A stretch of 64,000 nt of DNA from Phyllosticta citribraziliensis (taxonomy: Eukaryota). Positions 53,716 to 64,000 of the stretch are shown here, one piece after another. The position numbers and the translations under genes were made by a program. The notes under the pieces are model-generated. The model did no database searches, had not been told where the DNA came from, and was given only the letters and a program-made list of their open reading frames with translations. Numbering within the stretch: the stretch's first letter is position 1; every line of letters begins with the position of its first letter. The stretch covers positions 1,984,001-2,048,000 of the forward strand of contig NW_027117343.1 of the NCBI RefSeq assembly GCF_038025025.1, given 5' to 3'.

Positions 53716-55581
53716 CTACCCACCACCACCACCCTTCCCCACACCGCCCCCTCCTCCCCCGCCGCCAGCATTACCAAGCCTAACCTTCTTCCGCAACGGC
53801 GCGCCATCCTCATCATCGTCATCACTGCTACTATCGTCGCTCGCCTCGTCCTCCTCGTCCTCTTCCTCTTCCTCCCCCCCGTCCTCGTCTCCATCCGCAT
53901 CCGCTTCTTCCGCGTCGACAAACACGTCGCCGTCCGCATCGCTGCTGTCTTCGCCCTTGACTGTTGCGCTCGTCGCCGTTGCTGTTGCAGTTGCCGATGT
54001 GGCTGCCGTCGCTGCGCTTGTTGTTTTGGATGTCGTTTTGGGTGTCGCGCGCTCGCGCTCTTTTTCGCGCTCGCGCTGTTTCCGCTGCGCCGCCTTGTCG
54101 CGATCGCCGCGCTCGCGCTCGCGCTCGCGCTTGTTGTTGCTGTTGAGGCCCGTTGCCGTCGAGCTGCCGGTGCCGCCGCCGCCGCCGGCGAGCGGCGTGC
54201 CTTGCCTCTCCTTCTCCTTGGCCAACAACTTCGCCTTCTCCTTACTGCTCCCGCCCTCCTTCTCTTTCCCCTCATCCCTCTCCTTCGGCGGCCGTTTCGA
54301 CCCCGATCCGCCTGCCGCTGCAGCGGCTGCCGCCGCCGCCGCCGCCGCCGCCGCGCTCGGCGCTTTCAGCTTCAGGATCTTGGTGCCGGCGCGCTGGGCG
54401 TCTTTCGACGACGCGTGGGGGTTGAGGTTCGACGACGACGAGGGCGTGTTTGATTTGGGCGAGTCGTTTGCGCCGCCGGCGGCAGCCGCAGCGGCAGCCG
54501 CGGCCGCCTTCTCGCGGTCCGCCTTTTTGACGTAGCTGCTCTTCTTCTTGATTTTCTTAGGCGTGATGTCGGCGGCGGCGGTGGACCGCGCGTCGTCGTT
54601 GTCGTTGTCGTCATTGGCAGCAGCGTTATTGGCGCCCTTCTTGACGGGCGAGATTTTGCCTCCGCCGCCCGCCTGGCTGCCGCTGCCGGGCACGGGGGTG
54701 CCGACGCGGCTGCCCAGCGGCGTGTTGGCGCTGCCGGTGCCGTGGTTGTTGTTGTTGAGCTTGGCCATGGCGTTTCTGCTGCTCTGGCGGCCCGAGATGC
54801 CCAGGCACTTTTCGGCGTGCTGCGCGAAGCGCGTGATGAGCAGACTACGCTTGCAATTCGGGCACGTGTGCCAGGGGATGTACGAGGCGGGTTTGCCGCC
54901 GGCGGCCAGCTTGGACAACTGTTGCTGGCTGCCCGGCTGGTCGGCCGCCGCCGCCGCCGCCGTCGTGCCCTCCGTGTCCTGGCTCCCCGGCGTGTTGTCC
55001 TTCTCCTGCCGCTTGATCAGCTCGCGCTCCTTCTTGGTCTTGGCCATGTCCGTCGGGAACGGGTTGTTGTAGATGTCGTGCCCCTGCCGCGACACGAACG
55101 GGTGCCGGTTGCAGTAGTTCTTGGACAGGTCCGGCATCTGCGCGCCCGTGCCGGCGATGGGGTACATGAGGCGAGGCAGCTTGCAGCAGGGGCAGATGAT
55201 GTCGGGCGTCGTCTTGAGCGGATTGCCGCGCAGCGTGACGCGGCCGTTGTCGTAGACGGCGGCCGGCGTGTCAATCTTGACCGACGGCGGCTGCGCGCTG
55301 CTGGCGCCCTTGGACTTCTCCGCGTTGTCCTGGTGCTCCTGTATCGCGGCCTGCTCGGCGAGCGTGGCGGCCGACTGCATGCGCTGCAGCTTCTCGTCGC
55401 GGTGCGTCGACAGGACGATTTCGTGGATGATGTTGCGCAGGCACTCGTCGACAATGCCGGTGGCCTGCCATGCGCTCTTAGTTCTCTTCCTCGCGCCCAG
55501 ATATGTAAGACTTACCACGTCCGCAAAGCTCGGCGCGGCTCCCTGGCCCTTGCCGCTCCCGCTCGCTTTATCCTCCGACAT
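53716..55581 (-). CDS. SGF11: SAGA deubiquitination-module subunit Sgf11-like, about 604 aa, with a long low-complexity tail; probable intron 55465-55515
   Basis: N-terminal helix 'IVDECLRNIIHEIVLSTHRDEK' and zinc finger 'CPNCKRSLLITRFAQHAEKCLGISGRQSSRNA' match Sgf11/ATXN7L3. Confidence 0.85.
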   Translation of the reverse strand: MSEDKASGSGKGQGAAPSFADVVSLTYLGARKRTKSAWQATGIVDECLRNIIHEIVLSTHRDEKLQRMQSAATLAEQAAIQEHQDNAEKSKGASSAQPPSVKIDTPAAVYDNGRVTLRGNPLKTTPDIICPCCKLPRLMYPIAGTGAQMPDLSKNYCNRHPFVSRQGHDIYNNPFPTDMAKTKKERELIKRQEKDNTPGSQDTEGTTAAAAAADQPGSQQQLSKLAAGGKPASYIPWHTCPNCKRSLLITRFAQHAEKCLGISGRQSSRNAMAKLNNNNHGTGSANTPLGSRVGTPVPGSGSQAGGGGKISPVKKGANNAAANDDNDNDDARSTAAADITPKKIKKKSSYVKKADREKAAAAAAAAAAGGANDSPKSNTPSSSSNLNPHASSKDAQRAGTKILKLKAPSAAAAAAAAAAAAAAGGSGSKRPPKERDEGKEKEGGSSKEKAKLLAKEKERQGTPLAGGGGGTGSSTATGLNSNNKRERERERGDRDKAAQRKQREREKERERATPKTTSKTTSAATAATSATATATATSATVKGEDSSDADGDVFVDAEEADADGDEDGGEEEEEDEEDEASDDSSSDDDDEDGAPLRKKVRLGNAGGGGGGGGVGKGGGGG

Positions 55582-57205
55582 GGCGACCTTTGCGAGGTAC
55601 TCGATCTATAGACTGTACAAGGCGAATGATTCGTAAAATGGCGTGGCTCTTGTCGGCACCAGCGCAAAGAACATGAGCCGCCCAACGAATTGTTGGGTCG
55701 GGGGCCAAGTAAGGTAGGCTATCGGCGCAGACCCAAAGCTGTAGAGCCGCGACGGACAGACAGATGTGGCGGTGGTGATGTATCGAACAAGGGTCGATCG
55801 CGCGCAGCGCCCAGCGCCGAGTCGGATCGAAGTCGCGTGGTCGTCTCTAAGGAGCACAACCGGTGCAATCGGCGAGGGGTGGTGGAGAGTGTCTCCGGTC
55901 TGGTTCGGTTGGAGGTGCTTGAACTGGGCTCGGTGGCCCGTCACGAGCCCAGCAGTCGCGTTATGCGAGGCGGCGCCTGTAGATCATGCCTTGGATGCTT
56001 CGAAACAGGGAGTGGAGAAGGCGCAAGACGTGTGAGCCCACTCTTTGCGAAAGTGGGAGAGCGATGGACGGGGGATATTTGTTGGAGGTTGTAATAAGAC
56101 CCAAGGGTCACTAACAGACGGAGCCGCACTCGCATTAGCGCACATCAGCCACAGTGACGCCACCGCTGGTAGTCATGCAGTGCCACATCTAATCTCCTGC
56201 CGACGTCTGCTTGAGCCAATTCGAGAGGCTGATCACGGTAAGAACAGTTTCAAGCAAAGAATTCCCCAAAGGCATCAATTGCAGACGACGCGTTGTGATC
56301 ATTGTTTGACACATTAAGAGTTACTTTAACTACCTACTCCGCCACTTTTCACCCACCCCAAACCACATTTCCGACAGTCGCGAATCAACCGACTGATCCT
56401 CAAACCCACAGATCCGATTCAATACAGTCAATTCCACTCCACATCCACGATTCAGTCCCACAACCCTCCCTCACTCACCCCCTCTCGCACTCGGCGAGAA
56501 ATACCAATCCATGCAAATGCCCAATGCCCATGCAAATGAATGCACCAAATCAAACCAAGAAAATGCAAGCAAGCTAGCTAGCTGACCAGCTAAAGATAGA
56601 GAGCTTGGCATGCAAAGAGGGTGATGATAAGAATAAAGATGGAGATGCGTTCCAGCGTACCAAGCCAACCAAAGGAAAAGAGGGTGCCCTATAGGAGAGA
56701 GAAAGAGTAATGCTCGTAGGAGAAAGAAGGAGAAGAGCGGATATAGAAAAAAGAAAGAAAAGGGAAAGAATACGTCGTCAAGGCGAGATGAAGAAAGAGG
56801 AGAAGAGGAGTGGTGTGGTGTGGCGCAGGAAGTGACTGCGTTCCCACGCGACCAGCCAAACCAACCGTGTCAACGTTGGGAAATCATATCCCGGCATCAA
56901 GTCGTAAGCGAAGAGGAAGAAAAGAAGCAGAGGAAAACACAAAAGGGTGGTGGATGTAGGGAGAGAAGAGAACAGCGAAGAAGAATTCCTGACCCAGGGA
57001 CGACCCATTGCGAGCCCAGCCCCATCTCACCACACTCGTAAATCGTGACTGACGTCGACGCAAAAACAGGGACGGTGCGCAAACAGGACTCGACGCAAGG
57101 CAAGACCAGACCAGGCGGAGTGGTAGCTTTGGCAGGATGCCACATCGTCGTACATAAAAAGCTAAGCGGTTGCGCAAACGTCGTAACTGTACAGAAAGGC
57201 GTCGT

Positions 57206-58379
57206 CTAGTTGGGCGAGGTGGGACTGCGTTCCGAGTCGACGGTCGAAATGGTCGACGTGGGACTGCGCATGGTGGACGCAGAGGCATTCGAATCGCGAC
57301 GCGCCTTCATCTTGGACCGCATGGTGAGGATCGGAGACTGTAGAACAAAGTGGTGAGTAATTGGTTCATGATTGGTGGAAATCGACGAGCAAGGATTGGC
57401 GGGAAAGTGGTTCGATCAATGCTGGCATGGAGGACAGGGTCGCTTACGAGGAGAAGGAAGGGATTGAGGCGGCGCTTCTTCTTGGTAGGGTCGCCAGTCG
57501 AGGCCTGTGAGGCGAGCCGTGGTGGTTAGCGAGCTGGATACAATGCTGGACTGGACGGACGGCAGCAGTGGAGGAGGAGGGATGACATGACGTGAGATGA
57601 GCCCAACACCCACATCCCCAGACGGGAGAACCACTTCTCAGCCTTTTCCCCGTCTGAGGTGGGCCGTCGTCTTGTGGGCAGGGAATGTTGGACAAGTGAG
57701 GGGAGGAGACGAGACAATGGAAGCAAGGGACGAGACGCAGCCCTGGCAGCGCACGCGACAGACAAGATGACCGGAATGCGACAGCCAAAAGCCCCGAGAC
57801 AAAGCGGCCAAAGCAGCAAAATGAAAACAAAAACAAGGCGCTCATGGCAACGTACCTTGTCGTCGTCGGCGCCGATGATCTCTGAGAAGTCGGTGGCAGG
57901 AGCCTTGCCGGAGCTGAAAGTAGGCGACGTCTTGAGGAGTCGACCACCGTCCCAACCAACTGTTCGACGCAGCGTTTGGTTAGCCAGTAGTCTAAAGTAG
58001 CGCAACGGGAGCGGTGTTTTGTGGTAGTGGCGAGAAGCTAGCAACAGCAGCCGAGCCGACCAGTGGCTGGCAGGCGACGATCTGCGCAGTGCATGCAAAC
58101 GGCCTCCAAAGATCCGAGCTGAGGGTGCATCGAGGTTGTGGAGGAGATGAGGACGCAGAAGGAGAGTGGAGTGATTGAGTTGAGAGAGCAAAGAGACAAA
58201 TGTGATGGTCAAGACTTACTGCGTTCAAGTTTGCCGTAGGCCTCGCCGCTGCGACTAGCCCACTCATTGCCCGAGCGGTCTCTGAAGATGTACTTTTGCT
58301 CGTCGGCATCGTAGCCCACACGCGTCATTCCCTCGGGCAGACGGTAGGAGTCTTCGTCGTAACGCGAATAGCGGTTCAT
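57206..58379 (-). CDS. Small hypothetical protein, about 150 aa; tentative exons complement(58220-58379, 57856-57959, 57448-57504, 57206-57337)
   Basis: Exon 1 'MNRYSRYDEDSYRLPEGMTRVGYDADEQKYIFRDRSGNEW..GEAYGKL' resembles an N-terminal motif I recall from fungal proteins often annotated CBM50/LysM. GTAAGT/GTACGT/GTAAGC donors and CAG acceptors keep frame. Downstream exons are uncertain. Confidence 0.55.
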
Positions 58380-60924
58380 GGCGGCGAATATTTCGATACG
58401 GGGGTGTGGTGACAAGCCCGGCAGACGCGATGAGTCGGCGACGATGTTGTTTGGTGACGGCGCAGATGGAGCAGGTGGTGCGGGTTTTGGAAGGCTGAGT
58501 GGTGTCGGGGCCCGGCGACGCGGAGGAAGGAGGGCGGCCAAGATGTAGGTAATGTAGGTACCTTAGCAGTCCAAAGGTAAATAATGTGGACCGACGTCAA
58601 CGACCGGACGACGAGACAATGACAATGACGGCGGCGCGCCAACCGTCCGTCTCTGCTGAGTCAAAGAGCCTTTTTGCCTGTTGGGCCTTGGGTGAGGAAT
58701 GGAGGAATCGAGGGACGGCAAAGAGAGCGGGTAGGGTGGTCAGAGAGGCGGTTATGATACGAGCGAGTGGGCGAGGGTGGTGATAAGCTCGCAGGTCGTG
58801 CAGTAGGAGAGGTGTGCACAGGCTAGCCCCAATCTAAAAAGATAAGAAGCAGAGCAGATCAGAACCACCGGGCCTCAAGCTGACGAACGGGCCGGTGTCG
58901 AAGGAAGCGAAGCGTGAGGTTGTCTCTCTGGCTGTGGCAATGGCGATCGGGGAATAAGTCAAGTCGAGGTGGTGTGCAGACTAGACTGAACACTCGTACA
59001 TACAGCACTGGGTGGAGCCAGGAATATAAGCCATTGGCCCGCAGCCTCTTCTCCCTCTCTCCTGTCATGCAGCGTGGCAGTTCGACCGAGTGGTACATGT
59101 ACTGGTCGTCGTCGTACCACGACAACATGAACCTACCTACCCTCGCCCGAATGATCGCCCAGTCTAACCACACACGGCAATGTGGCACGCCTCAGGTCAA
59201 GCTTTGTACCTTGCAGCCTCCTCCCACCAACTGCCTCCCGCCCCTCCGTCCGTGGCAAACGGGAAACAAAACGGGATGCGCAGACGAGAAGACTCTTTTT
59301 TGGCCGCTGTGTGCGCCCGTTTGCCTGGAGCTGATGGACACCGACACCACCCAGCATGGCTCCACTTGCCCGTTGTTCGTCAATGGGGCCACGCTATAGG
59401 CACCGTAGGTGCTGTACATATCTTACCACTTTACCTAGGCATGGGTTGGTTTGGTTCTGTCTCCCACCCACCCACCCACCGATCGCGCATCGCGTCCGTC
59501 GCTTGCAACAACCGGTGCAGATACGCAGACCGACCGCAGTGGAGAAAGAGTAGAGTCACTGTACTGTGTCTGTGCTGCTGTGACATGTACCTAGGTAGTG
59601 CGCACAGCGTCCCCGCCCCTTCACCTCCGCCTCGCCTGCCTCCCGGCGTGTCTGCACAACACGCTGCAACAGCACAGCACTGCGCAACCAACGGTCAGTC
59701 AGTCAGTCACTCCGCCGCAGCAGCCGACGCCCGACGGCCCTTTCAGCAAATCGGCGCACACTATAGGCTGGCTCCGTAGGACAGTCGGCGTGCCTATGTC
59801 GCGTTTCAGCCGCCCGCCGCCCATCGCCCATCCATGCACCTCGCGCAGTGGCGAACATCACAGTGCGACGCGAACTGCCCTTTGTGCTGGTAGGTGGGTG
59901 GGTGGGTGGTGCAGACGCCCGCCTTCGACGTCGCCTTCGCCGGTGGCTGGGGTGCTGGTTGTTGGGGGCCATGATGTGTGATGTGCGTTGGATACGGTAC
60001 GGTACGGCACGGCGCGTGGGCGGGGCCAGCCAGCCAGCAACGGAACGAACGAACGAACGAACGGGCGGGCGCTGTGCTGTCTGCTCGGCTTGTTGTTGCT
60101 GTGGGTATGTAGGCGAGGCGAGGCGAGATGTAGGGCGATGATGGTGGGCCGGCCGGCGCGTATGTATGTGTGTGCGTAGGCGCTCGCTACCAGCCTACCT
60201 CCATACCTCCGTACCATCCCCAAAAGCGAAGGTGGGTGTGGAGGAGAGTGGGAGAGGTGGTGGTGGTGGTGACGGTGATGCATGTGATGTGATGGGCATG
60301 GCGGACCGACTGCTCCCGGCCGCCTGGTACGGGTGGTAGAGACACCAGAAACGAACCAAAGGCCGCAGTCTGCAGTCTGCACTGTGGATGGAAGCCGAGT
60401 TTGAGGTTCAAGAGCTGGGCTGGCTGGTGGGGCACAGATAGACAGGTACGCGGGCGTGTGTATGTACGACGGGGGGAGGCTGGGGGTCCCGTTTGTAAGG
60501 CTGTCGTCCCATCTCGTTTCGTCGCTCACATGTAGCTTGGTGGTCTTGTGCATGTACTACTGGGGCCGCTGCATGGTACATGGATTGTTTGTGCTGCATT
60601 TATCTGTCTCCATACATACCTTACCAACAGGAACCAAAACCTCTGCGTCCCCTCCATCAACACATATACGATCACATATCCCCCGCCTCTCCCATCTGCA
60701 CACCGTCAGTTCTCTCCCTGTACCCACTCATTATTCACAAACACCACACACAGCACGTCAAACAGCGAAAAAAAATGGTGCCAAATGTAGACTCCAAGGG
60801 ACGTTGTTGAAAAAGTCTGGTAGATGAGATGTGGATAGGTAGATGAGTAGGCGTGAAGCCCCGGCTAGGTAGGTAGTCAAGAGAGCAAGCAAGCAACAGC
60901 AAAGGAGAAAAGGGGGAGGGAAAG

Positions 60925-60943
60925 AAAAAAAAAAAAAAAAAAA
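60925..60943. repeat. A19 homopolymer downstream of ARG5,6 (T-tract on its sense strand)
   Basis: Read directly from the sequence. Confidence 0.9.
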
Positions 60944-61229
60944 GCACGAGCATCCACCTCTTGACCACCGGACAGCGGCTGGCTGGCTAGCAAGTAAGAA
61001 AATTTTCGGCAGATGTCTCGATCAAACCTGAGCGAGCATCGTGCCCTACTGTAGGTAGGCAAAGGAGAATAAAGTGGCCAAATCCATCCGCCACACCGCA
61101 CGACTGCTCCCTCCACGCGCGCGCACGCTATTTTCGCTCATTCAAGACTGCCGCTGCTGCTGCAGAAGAAACAACATTTTCGCCTCCTTTTCTCTTTTTT
61201 TGATTTTGAAATTTCCATCCACATTCCCC

Positions 61230-64000
<2,771 letters not shown>

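Noticed and set aside
53565..55636. Multiple overlapping ORFs across SGF11
   Set aside because: GC-rich trinucleotide repeats lack stop codons in most frames; only one frame carries the Sgf11 zinc finger.

Overview
Eukaryotic DNA from a filamentous ascomycete (Pezizomycotina), judged from short GT-AG introns with CTRAY branch sites, GC-rich CDSs and microsatellite-rich spacers. In order, the window holds: the 3' end of a probable kinesin-8; three Myb/SANT-like genes within about 11 kb, separated by long non-coding spacers; a convergent pair made of an F-box-like gene and a gene with a STAND-N/HeLo-like helical N-terminus plus an S/Y/G-rich tail; RPL34 divergent from PRP8; a roughly 9 kb gene-poor stretch hiding a small spliced ORF; then EGD1 (NAC beta), SMC5, SGF11, a small hypothetical gene and ARG5,6/arg-6, which runs off the window end. 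The most notable observations are: (1) EGD1 only gives the conserved IGGKGT motif through canonical splice sites if a single-nucleotide exon (G48215) between two complete introns is included; (2) PRP8 carries a 151-aa endonuclease-free mini-intein; (3) the three Myb-like genes share an intron position; (4) a ~20-bp inverted repeat lies inside RPL34 intron 3; (5) a 70-aa spliced microprotein is missed by the ORF track. All exon models were built by hand and no database searches were run.
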